DNA of 64,000 bases from positions 44,581 through 108,580 of IMG/VR virus record IMGVR_UViG_3300028827_000102; one strand, 5' to 3'. Below the pieces are notes generated by a model, which ran no database searches, was not told where the DNA came from, and was given only the letters and a program-made list of their open reading frames with translations. Each line of letters opens with the position of its first letter. Position 1 is the first letter of the stretch. Below, one piece after another: positions 37,802-47,298 of the stretch. This stretch comes from a virus. The position numbers and the translations under genes were made by a program.

Positions 37802-38410
37802 ATGAATTTTATCGATGAAGTAAGAGATAGACTATTGTTACGTTTTCCTCGTACAGCTATAAAAGAAAGAATAAAAGGAACTGACACAATAATAGAATAC
37901 ATCGTGAAGATTCCTAAGAATGACGAGTCCGTCATTACGGATGTTATACACGAGGTTGAACCTATATTTCCCTGGTTGAATATAAAAACTAAAAGAACTA
38001 AAAAGGGTGCAGTAAAAATAACTGCTGAGCCAAAAACCGACGACATACCAAGAAGTACAGATCAGGTGAGACCCATCCCAATTACTTTTTACGTTGGAGA
38101 TGATGTAATAAGTCTTGCAATGGATGGCGATACATTTGCAATTCTCAAAAACGGAGATATTCTGGAAACCGATTTTCCCAGTCCGGGTTTTGCTTTAGGC
38201 GCAATGGTAAAATATGTAGCCGAAAGCATGATATCTCTGGAAAATGATGGATCTATACCTAGCAGCCCAAACAGTGATCTTGTTGCCGGTATGGCAGAAC
38301 TGCTGGTAGATCTTCCTGACGTAAGCAAAGAAGCGAAAAACCATTTCATAAAATTCTACGAAATGGTAACATTAAAAGATTTCGCATCTACCGTGAAAAA
38401 TGAAGATTAG
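37802..38410 (+). CDS. Hypothetical protein
   Basis: SD GGAG; 202 aa. Confidence 0.6.
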   Translation: MNFIDEVRDRLLLRFPRTAIKERIKGTDTIIEYIVKIPKNDESVITDVIHEVEPIFPWLNIKTKRTKKGAVKITAEPKTDDIPRSTDQVRPIPITFYVGDDVISLAMDGDTFAILKNGDILETDFPSPGFALGAMVKYVAESMISLENDGSIPSSPNSDLVAGMAELLVDLPDVSKEAKNHFIKFYEMVTLKDFASTVKNED

Positions 38411-38891
38411 TGCTGAGATAATAGTTGCAGCAGTCAGTGCAATTACTGCATTGGTTAGCCTTTTCTTCTCTTTACGAAAAGAGTCCAGACAGGAGGCAAA
38501 AGAGAGAAAGGATAAAGAAGATAAAGTACGCAACAAAGTACTAGATATACAAAATAAATTAAATAGAATGCGCGAGGATGTGGACAAGATAACATCTAAA
38601 ACTAACACAATAAAAGCAAATTGTAAAGCACATGAAGCACTATCAAATACGGCTGACATAGAAGAATTAAAAACTGAATTGAGGGAAGAGATAAGTAAAA
38701 TAAATGCTACTATATCTCGCGTAGGAGATAACGCCCAAAATACGCGAGAAAAACTTATGGAACGTTATGTTACTAGAGAAGTACATGACAAAGACATGGA
38801 TAATATAAAAGAATATATTAATGCAATGGCCGAGCAGTGGAAATTGGCCGACAAGTTGGCCGAAGCGCTAAAGAGGCGCAACGGTGATTAG
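38400..38891 (+). CDS. N-terminal TM plus coiled-coil protein
   Basis: IIVAAVSAITALVSLFF; YVTREVH coiled coil. Confidence 0.6.
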   Translation: MKISAEIIVAAVSAITALVSLFFSLRKESRQEAKERKDKEDKVRNKVLDIQNKLNRMREDVDKITSKTNTIKANCKAHEALSNTADIEELKTELREEISKINATISRVGDNAQNTREKLMERYVTREVHDKDMDNIKEYINAMAEQWKLADKLAEALKRRNGD

Positions 38892-39095
38892 ATGGAGACC
38901 ATGATGACAGTAACAAAACCTAGTAATGACTATGTAGATTATTCTACAGGCGGGCGCACCATTACAGACGTGATAGACATTTACGAAGCAGAGGGGGATA
39001 ATGTCAGAGCGTCATTGTATAAGGTTATGCGCCAAACACTTAAAGACATGCGAAAGACAATTAAAACGCTTCAAGAATTAGTAGAAGACATGTAG
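38892..39095 (+). CDS. Small hypothetical protein
   Basis: 67 aa ORF abutting the upstream stop. Confidence 0.45.
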   Translation: METMMTVTKPSNDYVDYSTGGRTITDVIDIYEAEGDNVRASLYKVMRQTLKDMRKTIKTLQELVEDM

Positions 39096-39133
39096 TCTGC
39101 CCAGTACATACCACAAACCTGGCAGAGGAAAAT

Positions 39134-41098
39134 ATGGATAACGAAGAACTTGACCTTATCGCATTGGTCAACAAAGCTATTGATGCAGATTTAGACAGTT
39201 CAGTTTTCACTGAAAAAGAGTTCGATACGGCTCCAAATTCTATAGCATGGTGTCTTGAAAGAAAATACCTCAATGCTTCTGCGACTCCATGGCCCAGACA
39301 AATAGAAGTAATAGCAAGATTCTTTGAAGATGTGTGTTATTTTTGTAGTGATGTAGAATACGTACATAATGTAAAAGTAGATGACTCAGTAGACGAGTGC
39401 TTAGACCGCTTTGTGTTATTACAGCACGGAATCTGTCCAAAATGCAAACGAAATAGATTAGAAATGTTGGAAGAATGGATCAAAGATCCAAGATATGCGA
39501 AATACCACAATTGGGACAACGATATAGTTGTCCGACCAGTACCTCCGAACGAGTTTACTGGTATATGGGGACAACGCTCAGGGAAATCCTTTACCACAGC
39601 CTCTTTCATTTGGACGTATGTACTACACCGATATTTGGCTTTGCCAAGCTTGCCTCGTTATTTCAGGATGCCGATGAACACGGTACTTGAGGCAGCTTTT
39701 GTTGCTCCTACTAAAGAGCAGGTTAATACATATATGTGGCAGCCTTTTTTCAACGCATATGATTCATCTCCATGGTTCAAGGAGATGGTCAGCTATTTGC
39801 AAGACGAAGGAAAACGATTAGGCATACCCACATATCACAGACAGACCACGTTTGTCGCTTTTCCGTACAAACGATTAGTTGTATATATGAAAGCAGCCAG
39901 TTCTACCAATCTACGAGGCGGGACACGTATATGGGCCTCTTTAGACGAATTAGGCTGGTTCAACGTATCTGACAAAGGTTCTAGAAAATCTTATGTAAAA
40001 GATGGAACGGAAGTATTTACAGCATTAAATAGATCACTGAGAACTGTAAGAAGCAAAGCCAATAGACGTAGAAAACAGCTTGGTGATTTCAATGCTTTAG
40101 ACGGTTACATGTGTTGCATTTCTTCGCCTTCTTCGATGACTGATCCCATAGAGCAGAGAGCGGCGATAGCTTCCAGGTCTCCGAGGATGTTTTTCACTAG
40201 GTACGCCACTTGGGAGGTAAACCCAGACGAAGACGAAGACACAATAGTAGAAGAGGAAGGAGCCGATCCTATTAAACTGAAAAGGGATTACTATGCACAA
40301 CCTCCAAGGGCGTCTGCTCCTTTTATCGAACCGTCTGAAAACATCAAAGAATTGATTTTAAAACAAGATAGACCATTATTTTCTTATAGTATCAAGACAG
40401 CGGAAGATTCTGATACCGGAATACAACTATTACGTCCTGTATTAAACACTATTACGGCAGATAAAGTCACCCCAAGAGTACTTACTGTAGACAACGGAGA
40501 AAAGAACAATAGCTTTTCTGTCTGTTTGGCACGGTTTTTCCCAGAACAATCTGGTGTGGTTTTAGAAGAATTCATCGAAGTATCACCTTACCATGGTCAT
40601 CATGTAGACATACAATGGGTATATGATGAAGTAATAGTAAGGCTAGTAACAGCATACAATATAATACATGTAGTGTATGATAGATGGGAGTCTGCATATG
40701 CTATCAGAGACCTTCGTACAAACCATAATGTCAATGCCTTAAGATACACTTTAAAATGGAAAGAGTTTACTGATTTCAGGAATGCTATAAAAGACAGCAG
40801 AATTTATTTCCCACAACCAGAAGTGGATCCTGAAGATCTGTTAAAGATAAATCCACACGAACGAGCGAAGTATCCAAAAGCGAACTTTCAGGTGCAAATG
40901 ACTACAGTAAACGAATTTCACAAAAAAGTGACTAAACCTGATAACGGAGAGGATGACCTATTTCGTTGTGGTGTTTTAGCTTACTGGGCTATAACTAAAC
41001 ACTCAAAAGAATATCAATTCACCAAAGCAAAGAAGAGGCGTCGAAGAGCAGGAGGTTTTTACGGCTCACGACGCTTTTCTTATTCCAGGAGACGGTAA
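39134..41098 (+). CDS. terL: Terminase large subunit
   Basis: PWPRQ Q-motif, Walker A GQRSGKS, APTKEQ, Walker B SLDELG, ISSP, nuclease VDNG...YDRW...DDLF; Zn insert CYFC/CPKC. Confidence 0.9.
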   Translation: MDNEELDLIALVNKAIDADLDSSVFTEKEFDTAPNSIAWCLERKYLNASATPWPRQIEVIARFFEDVCYFCSDVEYVHNVKVDDSVDECLDRFVLLQHGICPKCKRNRLEMLEEWIKDPRYAKYHNWDNDIVVRPVPPNEFTGIWGQRSGKSFTTASFIWTYVLHRYLALPSLPRYFRMPMNTVLEAAFVAPTKEQVNTYMWQPFFNAYDSSPWFKEMVSYLQDEGKRLGIPTYHRQTTFVAFPYKRLVVYMKAASSTNLRGGTRIWASLDELGWFNVSDKGSRKSYVKDGTEVFTALNRSLRTVRSKANRRRKQLGDFNALDGYMCCISSPSSMTDPIEQRAAIASRSPRMFFTRYATWEVNPDEDEDTIVEEEGADPIKLKRDYYAQPPRASAPFIEPSENIKELILKQDRPLFSYSIKTAEDSDTGIQLLRPVLNTITADKVTPRVLTVDNGEKNNSFSVCLARFFPEQSGVVLEEFIEVSPYHGHHVDIQWVYDEVIVRLVTAYNIIHVVYDRWESAYAIRDLRTNHNVNALRYTLKWKEFTDFRNAIKDSRIYFPQPEVDPEDLLKINPHERAKYPKANFQVQMTTVNEFHKKVTKPDNGEDDLFRCGVLAYWAITKHSKEYQFTKAKKRRRRAGGFYGSRRFSYSRRR

Positions 41099-41448
41099 TG
41101 AATATAACAAAAACAGTAAGACAGGCAGCTATTAAAAGCGGAAAAGATATACCTGAGACAGTTATACGCAAGATAGTATCTACTATTCGCACGGCTGGAG
41201 ATCTACCTATCGACTTAATGCTGGATCTTATCAACGAAGAGATCAGCAAATATGGAAAACAGCAACAGAGAACGAATGAAGGAACACAAGAGCACAACGA
41301 AGAGACCTTCACCAAGGTGGATGCTGCTCTAGAGAATGGTACATGTCCAATTTGCGGACAAAAAATGTCAGACGTAAAACTAGCTGACTATACTCCTGCC
41401 AAGTACTGCACTGGAGAGTGTAGGGTCACTCTATGGAGTAAAGATTAA
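41098..41448 (+). CDS. Zn-ribbon protein between terminase and portal
   Basis: CPICG...YCTGEC; TAATG coupling. Confidence 0.65.
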   Translation: MNITKTVRQAAIKSGKDIPETVIRKIVSTIRTAGDLPIDLMLDLINEEISKYGKQQQRTNEGTQEHNEETFTKVDAALENGTCPICGQKMSDVKLADYTPAKYCTGECRVTLWSKD

Positions 41449-41450
41449 TA

Positions 41451-43613
41451 ATGTTTTACCCAAAATACCGTTTCGGAAATTATAGTATGATCAGTCAAGG
41501 TAGAAGGCGCACGTCTATGTTGCATAAAAGAGACAACAAAAAACGTGTGGCTTTTAACGCAGGTACAGGAGGGTTTTTAGGTGCTGGTGGAGGTCATTTT
41601 ATACCATACACTCCTGTATATGAAAGAGCCGAAGCACCGACATTAATAGAAGATTTTCTTCCTACAGACAGGCAGACTCAAAACAAAATATTCCGTAATA
41701 TTATGCTTTTCGATCCGATTGCAGGTCCTGCAGTAGATTACTATTGCGACATGACTTTCGGAAAATACGTCCATCTTTCTGGTTTGGAAGACTCTTCTAT
41801 AATAAAGTTTTACAATGATGCTATAAAAGCTTCTGGCATCGAGTCTCTTTTTCCCCTTCTACTTAAATCATTTTTGGTATTTGGTAATTATACACTACAT
41901 CAAAATTGGAATAGAAAATACGGCTATTGGGATGGTACTGTTATACATGATCCAGATTATGTAGAGGTAAAGGTAGCGCCTTTTCCTGGAGAAGCACCTA
42001 TTATAAATCTGCAGCCGAATAACGAATGGAAGGAGTGGGCCTCTTCTCAAGATCCCAGGATAATGGAACAGCGCAAAAAATACGATCCTACTATGATTCA
42101 GCTTATGCAATCGGGATCGCCTTTTCCTTTACCCTCTGAGCATACGCTATTTGTACCTCGTATGGCTTTTCCCACAGACTATTACGGCACGTCTTTTCTC
42201 ACCAGAATACTACCGATAAAGATATACGAAAAAGCCATCATGGATGCGTCTATTTCAGCTTCAAGAAGATTTGCCGGTCCTACCTGGATAGTTCAGGTAC
42301 CTGAAGACTACGAAGCAGAAGAAATACAGGAAATAATAGACAATTTGTTTGCGGCAGAAGAAGACCCAATAGGCAGCAAGGTAGCAGTAAGAGAGGGGGT
42401 AACTATTAATCAATTGGGTGCAGGCGGCTCAAACAATTTTTGGAACATATCTTCTGAGTGGGAATTTATAAAGTCGGTAAAGCTAGCAGCTTTGGGAATT
42501 ACAGAAGATTTTGTATCTGGCGGTGCTTCTTATAATTCAATGGACAAGAGTCTACAGATTTTCCTGGAACGTCTCCGGGCAATTAGGTATAAGTTTACGT
42601 ATGACGTGATTATAAATCATATGATAAAACAGCTTGCTAAACAGCACAAGTTCTTTAAGAAGCCAAAGACAGAGGTTACTCATGGTTATAGAATAGCACG
42701 AAAGAACGTGCCAGATTCCGAATTGCTTATACCGAAGGTAGAGTGGGACAGACCTTTGGAGCCCACAGCCGACGTAGAGTATTTAGAATTGCTAGAACGA
42801 CTGGAAGAAAAGGGTATACCCATTCCAAAGAGGAAGTACGCTCAGGTTGCAGGTTACGACATAAATGAAACCTTTGACACAGCGGAAGCGGAGATATTAG
42901 ACAGAGAGCGTTTGTATTCTATCAAGAGGGCTTTGATAGAGCAAGCAGAGCAACTTGGTTTTGATCCTAGCGGCAATTATGTAGGTGAAGATATCATGGC
43001 TTCTTCTTTAGGGGGAGGATTAGAAACAACTTCACCGACCATGAATTTTTTAGAGGAGGAGCCAGGTTTTGGCAATGGACCGTCTTTGGAGGGTATAGAA
43101 AGACCGGAGATACCAGAGCTGCCAGAGTTACCGGAAGGAATGGGAGCAGCTTTAGAGCGTTCTCGTTTTCCGGCTCCCAAGCAACCTGCTATTTTACGCA
43201 CAGCTAATTTGGACAATGTAGCTATTTTTGACGAGGATGGAAAAGCCTATGGGTTACATCGCAAGATGGTAGAGAGGCTAGTGGACATGATAGCCAACGC
43301 CAAATCTCTGCACAAGATCAACGATATTCTTGTAGAGAACGGGCTTACGCGCACGCAAGCAGAGATAGTACAGTACTGCGCTGCAAGGTTAGGCAAGATC
43401 AAAAAGCCGGTCATTTCGTCCAATACTATTAAGTATATAGAGAAAGATTTACTAGCCAAGGCCGAGCGAAACGGACTACACAAAGATATTTTGACAGAGA
43501 TGGAGGCTTTGGCCAATATAGACAGGACAAGAGACGCTAGGACGGTACCGGTTAAGGTACTTACAAAAGATGCCAGGATAGACGATACTCAGGTATTATC
43601 TGGCGTTCTTTAG
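41451..43613 (+). CDS. Portal protein
   Basis: Position after terL; DPIAGPAVD, YGTSFLTRIL, ALGI.E.FVSG.ASY portal-like motifs. Confidence 0.75.
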   Translation: MFYPKYRFGNYSMISQGRRRTSMLHKRDNKKRVAFNAGTGGFLGAGGGHFIPYTPVYERAEAPTLIEDFLPTDRQTQNKIFRNIMLFDPIAGPAVDYYCDMTFGKYVHLSGLEDSSIIKFYNDAIKASGIESLFPLLLKSFLVFGNYTLHQNWNRKYGYWDGTVIHDPDYVEVKVAPFPGEAPIINLQPNNEWKEWASSQDPRIMEQRKKYDPTMIQLMQSGSPFPLPSEHTLFVPRMAFPTDYYGTSFLTRILPIKIYEKAIMDASISASRRFAGPTWIVQVPEDYEAEEIQEIIDNLFAAEEDPIGSKVAVREGVTINQLGAGGSNNFWNISSEWEFIKSVKLAALGITEDFVSGGASYNSMDKSLQIFLERLRAIRYKFTYDVIINHMIKQLAKQHKFFKKPKTEVTHGYRIARKNVPDSELLIPKVEWDRPLEPTADVEYLELLERLEEKGIPIPKRKYAQVAGYDINETFDTAEAEILDRERLYSIKRALIEQAEQLGFDPSGNYVGEDIMASSLGGGLETTSPTMNFLEEEPGFGNGPSLEGIERPEIPELPELPEGMGAALERSRFPAPKQPAILRTANLDNVAIFDEDGKAYGLHRKMVERLVDMIANAKSLHKINDILVENGLTRTQAEIVQYCAARLGKIKKPVISSNTIKYIEKDLLAKAERNGLHKDILTEMEALANIDRTRDARTVPVKVLTKDARIDDTQVLSGVL

Positions 43614-43619
43614 GAGCTA

Positions 43620-44162
43620 TTACAGGACAGAAGACAGTCTTTGGTAGGTCGAGAGGAAGATATGTTCTGCCCATTTAGGGTTATGGCAGCTAATAATTAC
43701 AATATCTTCATCGGTCATATCATTCAGGTTAGGCAAGTCATAGGCCCAACTATGGGTTTGCATCAGGCTGATAGCTTCTATACGCAGGACCATATCATCG
43801 GCTAATACTATTTTCTTCGCGTCCGCATCGGACAATTTCTCCAACCCAAAGAATTCCAGCATACTTTCCCATATTTCTTTTTCTAGCTTTTTTATCTCTG
43901 GAAACATGGCTTTTACTGGTCTAGGCAAGTCACTAATGTAGGCTTCTGTCGCGTCGTGTAAGAGACCATAGTACGCCAAACGTTTGCCCCACAGGTGTTC
44001 ACACACAGCACTTACGTTTACCGAGTGCTCGGCCACGCTGTAAAATCTTTGGGTGTGTCCGTTGAAACGACAAATTTGGCTAAGAGAATGGGCTATGTCA
44101 TTTAGTCTATAAACTGGATCGCTGAAGTCATACCATCCACTATATACGGCAATATCAGTCAT
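43620..44162 (-). CDS. HD-domain 5'-deoxynucleotidase (YfdR/YfbR-like)
   Basis: IAHSLS..CRFNGH, YSVAEHS, LLHDATEAY.SD.P.PVK, LAD...L..E. Confidence 0.88.
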   Translation of the reverse strand: MTDIAVYSGWYDFSDPVYRLNDIAHSLSQICRFNGHTQRFYSVAEHSVNVSAVCEHLWGKRLAYYGLLHDATEAYISDLPRPVKAMFPEIKKLEKEIWESMLEFFGLEKLSDADAKKIVLADDMVLRIEAISLMQTHSWAYDLPNLNDMTDEDIVIISCHNPKWAEHIFLSTYQRLSSVL

Positions 44163-44355
44163 TGTCTTCCAAGCTCCTTAGTACAAGACGATAGGTTCTG
44201 TCTTCTATTACTGTGTCTACGTGTTCGTCGTCTACGTTTTCTCTAGACCATTCCAAGTCTCTCCCGGTGGCTTTCCACCCGTTTTCTGTTTCCTGAATTT
44301 GTATTCGTGTGCTTAGCCACACCTTTCCGCGTTTTACTTTTACTATTCCTTTCAT
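44155..44355 (-). CDS. Small hypothetical protein
   Basis: SD AAGGAG. Confidence 0.6.
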   Translation of the reverse strand: MKGIVKVKRGKVWLSTRIQIQETENGWKATGRDLEWSRENVDDEHVDTVIEDRTYRLVLRSLEDND

Positions 44356-44390
44356 TTTTCAATCTCCTTCTAAAATTACAACGAAGCGGA

Positions 44391-44404
44391 TTAATTTTTA
44401 GTAG
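44391..44404 (+). promoter_or_regulatory. Candidate late promoter
   Basis: TTAATTTTTAGTAG upstream of the response regulator. Confidence 0.6.
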
Positions 44405-44419
44405 AAAGGGGAAAATTTC

Positions 44420-44953
44420 ATGTGTTATGTTATTCCAGTTTCTGTTTTGTGTATAGAAGATAATTCTGGCGTAGCAGAAGTCATCAAGCAGCTACTTATC
44501 TATTCTAAAGCCAGACTAAAGTACCGCAATGTACCAACACTAAAGATAGCTCTTCGGGAACTAAAGAAGCACAAGTTTGACATAATTTTGTTAGATCTGA
44601 AGCTACCTGATTCTGTTGGTACAGACACGTATCGTGCAATAGCAGAGGCAACGGATTTGCCGGTAATAGTTATTACCGGAACAGCGTCAGAAGAAGAAAG
44701 ACAAAAAATTTTAGAAATGGGGGCAAAGGATTGTATTCGTAAGGATGAAATTACTTCTGACAATTTATGGCGAGCCATTCGATACGTATTGATAGAAAAA
44801 CTCCATGAGGAAGAGATAGCTAATGTAATGAAGGAAATAAAAGAGATAAAGGAACACGTACGTCTGGCCTTTGCCAAGATCCATGCAGTGACAGATCGGT
44901 TAGACAACATCATGCTACCTTTTTCTTCCAACGATGACGCCACGCAGAAATAG
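44420..44953 (+). CDS. CheY-like response regulator receiver with coiled-coil tail
   Basis: IEDN, LLDLKLPDS.G, PVIVITG, GAKDCIRK. Confidence 0.92.
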   Translation: MCYVIPVSVLCIEDNSGVAEVIKQLLIYSKARLKYRNVPTLKIALRELKKHKFDIILLDLKLPDSVGTDTYRAIAEATDLPVIVITGTASEEERQKILEMGAKDCIRKDEITSDNLWRAIRYVLIEKLHEEEIANVMKEIKEIKEHVRLAFAKIHAVTDRLDNIMLPFSSNDDATQK

Positions 44954-46085
44954 GTATGGGCGGTCCTCTAGACGGGCGGGAGCGCATTCTGTAGTCTAAA
45001 AAGGACTGTGGCGGCTCTGTTTCTTCCAAGTGTCGGTATCTGGTTAAAGGTCGGTCGTACAGACTGATACCTTGTCCACTTCTAGCATATTTTTGGATAC
45101 TCTTCCATATTACCGGAAAATAGCGGCTACCATCATAGCCAAATAGGTCACACAACCCAACGCTTAGTATTTTTCGCAAAGGTTCGGCCAATGGAGTACG
45201 GATGAACCACGTTTTAGCCACTCTTCTAGCGCTGGCATAGTCGTAAGCTGGCTCCATTCCTTCTATTTTTGACAGTTTTTTATAGTAGTAGAAAGCCTTT
45301 TTGTACCTTGCATTGCTACGGAGCTTGTCTTCTCTGAAAGCTACGTGAAAGACCATGTAAAACGGGCTTTTGGCTGCGGTATTATTTATTATTTTCTTTA
45401 AGTCTGAGAAACGGACGCTTCTTGTTTGACCTAAGATAGCTTTCAGTCGTTTGTGTCGGCATACTACTTCAATTCGGCATACCATGTCTTCTGGGTTCAT
45501 AAGGTCTGGGTCTACATAGTATTCTCTTCTCTTTTTAAGTGTTTCTTCTTGCTTGTCGTAGATACGTACTGGGCCTTTACCCTTCAGTTTGCCATATCTC
45601 TTCCAGTTTCTATGTCTGGTACCGGTATGAGTTCTTACAAAATGACGGTTAACTAGGGGAAGAAGGTCCGGACGGTTCTCTGGAGTAAGAAAATCAACAA
45701 AGAAATCACATCTTACCATTATTAGTAGGTCCAAAGAAGGACACTTCACTACTCGGTTAATGGCCGCTAACAGTTCTTCCTGTGTTACATAACGTTCTGT
45801 TAATTTTCTTATTCTTATGTAGGCTCTGTCTAGAACACGGGAGTAGTATAATGTTAATGGTGCAAAGTCTTTGTCATACGTGTTCCATACACCCTTGTAC
45901 ATACCTTTCGGGTATATGTTATATACACGGAATATGTCTACTTCCGGATGTAACTTCGTCTTCCGTACAACGTATCCCCCTTTTCTGTAAGAATTACGGT
46001 AAAGCATAGACTTATGGCGTAAAGGAAACCGGTTAAGGTTTACCTCAAAAAGTATGTCGTCTATGCCGGATAAGACTGGTTTCAT
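44910..46085 (-). CDS. Rep_trans/Phage_CRI-like replication initiation protein (ATG 46085 preferred over 46151)
   Basis: GIDDILF, VRCDFFVD, VRIYDKQEE, CRIEV match the iD, R.D.a.D, YxK and R.E motifs of the family. Confidence 0.65.
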   Translation of the reverse strand: MKPVLSGIDDILFEVNLNRFPLRHKSMLYRNSYRKGGYVVRKTKLHPEVDIFRVYNIYPKGMYKGVWNTYDKDFAPLTLYYSRVLDRAYIRIRKLTERYVTQEELLAAINRVVKCPSLDLLIMVRCDFFVDFLTPENRPDLLPLVNRHFVRTHTGTRHRNWKRYGKLKGKGPVRIYDKQEETLKKRREYYVDPDLMNPEDMVCRIEVVCRHKRLKAILGQTRSVRFSDLKKIINNTAAKSPFYMVFHVAFREDKLRSNARYKKAFYYYKKLSKIEGMEPAYDYASARRVAKTWFIRTPLAEPLRKILSVGLCDLFGYDGSRYFPVIWKSIQKYARSGQGISLYDRPLTRYRHLEETEPPQSFLDYRMRSRPSRGPPIPISAWRHRWKKKVA

Positions 46086-46149
46086 CACTAAAATACTAAG
46101 CCCGTAGAAGGTACTGATGTAGAGTATACCGGGAGAGAAGGAGGATGTC

Positions 46150-46500
46150 ACTAAAAAACTATTCTAATAACTCTTACGCTTAATCTTAGTGCATAATTAT
46201 GTTTATTATTGATTCCATTAACTTAGTTAATTAAGTCACGGATACACTGAAGTAGGTAGTACGGCTAAATAACGGTGATTTAATAACTACGGATATACAG
46301 AAATACAAATGGAATACGTAGAAGGAAGTACGGAAGTAGGGAGTACTAGGAGTATGGAGTGAGGGAGTACTGGGAAAGGAAGTACGGAAGTAGGGAGTAC
46401 AGGGAAGAGAGTTAGAAGGGTCCATGTTTCCGTAATTACACGGAAAGTTGTAAGGAAGTACGTAGGGAAGGTGACGGAGGGGGGAGGAGGGAAGCCCAGC
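46150..46500. repeat. Putative replication origin: AT-rich tract, palindromes, 25-bp direct repeats, hairpin
   Basis: AAGGAAGTACGGAAGTAGGGAGTAC at 46322 and 46376, partial at 46452; TTTCCGT-aattac-ACGGAAA at 46427-46446; AT-rich 46150-46235. Confidence 0.55.
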
Positions 46501-46501
46501 C

Positions 46502-46515
46502 TTAATTTTTAGAGA
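46502..46515 (+). promoter_or_regulatory. Candidate late promoter (variant)
   Basis: TTAATTTTTAGAGA; overlaps the SD of the next gene. Confidence 0.35.
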
Positions 46516-46524
46516 GGTGACTAG

Positions 46525-47298
46525 ATGTCTAAACCAGAGAAAGAGCTTGAGCGTTTGTTGCGTGTTGTACTTCCTGGGACTGAATTTGAGCATCGTGTTT
46601 TTGCGGTGGGTGGATATGTTCGTGATGAGTTACTGGGCGAAGAGGCTCATGATTTAGATGTAGTGGTGGAGATGCAATACGGTGCTCAACGGTTTGGTGA
46701 ATTTCTTGTAGACTTTTTTGGTGACGAAATTGTATTGGGGCCGATACCCCTTAGTTTACGGTATCCGGTATGGCGTGTCAAGTTTGCCGATGACGTATTA
46801 GTCGGTAATAATGTATATGGCACTAAGGGGGCTTATTTAGACATGGCGGACACTCAATCTGTAGTAGACGGTACATACTCTTTATTCGGTCCGCTGAGCG
46901 ATGATTTTCGCAGGCGTGATTTTACCGTAAATATGGTATTTAAGGATCTCACCGATGGTACATTGGTCGATCCTTCTGGTTTGGGTTTGGCTGATATAGA
47001 GCGAGGTATACTACGCACATTACCAAGCTACAATGAGCATGAAGACCTTGTTGCGAACCCAAAGAAGATTCTCAGGGCTATACGTTTTGCACTTAAGTAT
47101 GATTGGGGACTAGAGCCGTCTTTAGTGGAGACGATTAAACAGTCCGAGGACGTCATAAGTAGCATTGATGCTAAAGCGATCCGTAGAGAGCTACGAAAAA
47201 TAAGGGACGATGGCAATTTGACTAAAGCCGTCGGTATGTTTAAGGAGCTTGGTTTATGGGACGCTATACTAAAGACGTTAAGTGCAAGCGAGCACTAA
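46525..47298 (+). CDS. Class II tRNA nucleotidyltransferase/poly(A) polymerase-family protein (degenerate)
   Basis: VGGYVRD...DLD, RRDFTVN, LRAIRF; the EDxxR motif is replaced. Confidence 0.85.
   Translation: MSKPEKELERLLRVVLPGTEFEHRVFAVGGYVRDELLGEEAHDLDVVVEMQYGAQRFGEFLVDFFGDEIVLGPIPLSLRYPVWRVKFADDVLVGNNVYGTKGAYLDMADTQSVVDGTYSLFGPLSDDFRRRDFTVNMVFKDLTDGTLVDPSGLGLADIERGILRTLPSYNEHEDLVANPKKILRAIRFALKYDWGLEPSLVETIKQSEDVISSIDAKAIRRELRKIRDDGNLTKAVGMFKELGLWDAILKTLSASEH

Noticed and set aside
18948-41098. Inteins or group I introns in gyrA, gyrB, pol or terL
   Set aside because: Motif spacing is continuous with no intein C...HN ends; the small ORFs between gyrB and gyrA show no HNH, GIY-YIG or LAGLIDADG motif.
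43620-44162. DatZ / Z-genome pathway
   Set aside because: Motifs fit the widespread YfdR-like family, and no purZ or mazZ is recognisable in the window.
46231-46593. 120-aa minus-strand ORF
   Set aside because: Low-complexity P/S/F translation of the purine-rich repeats, overlapping a real plus-strand gene; no SD.
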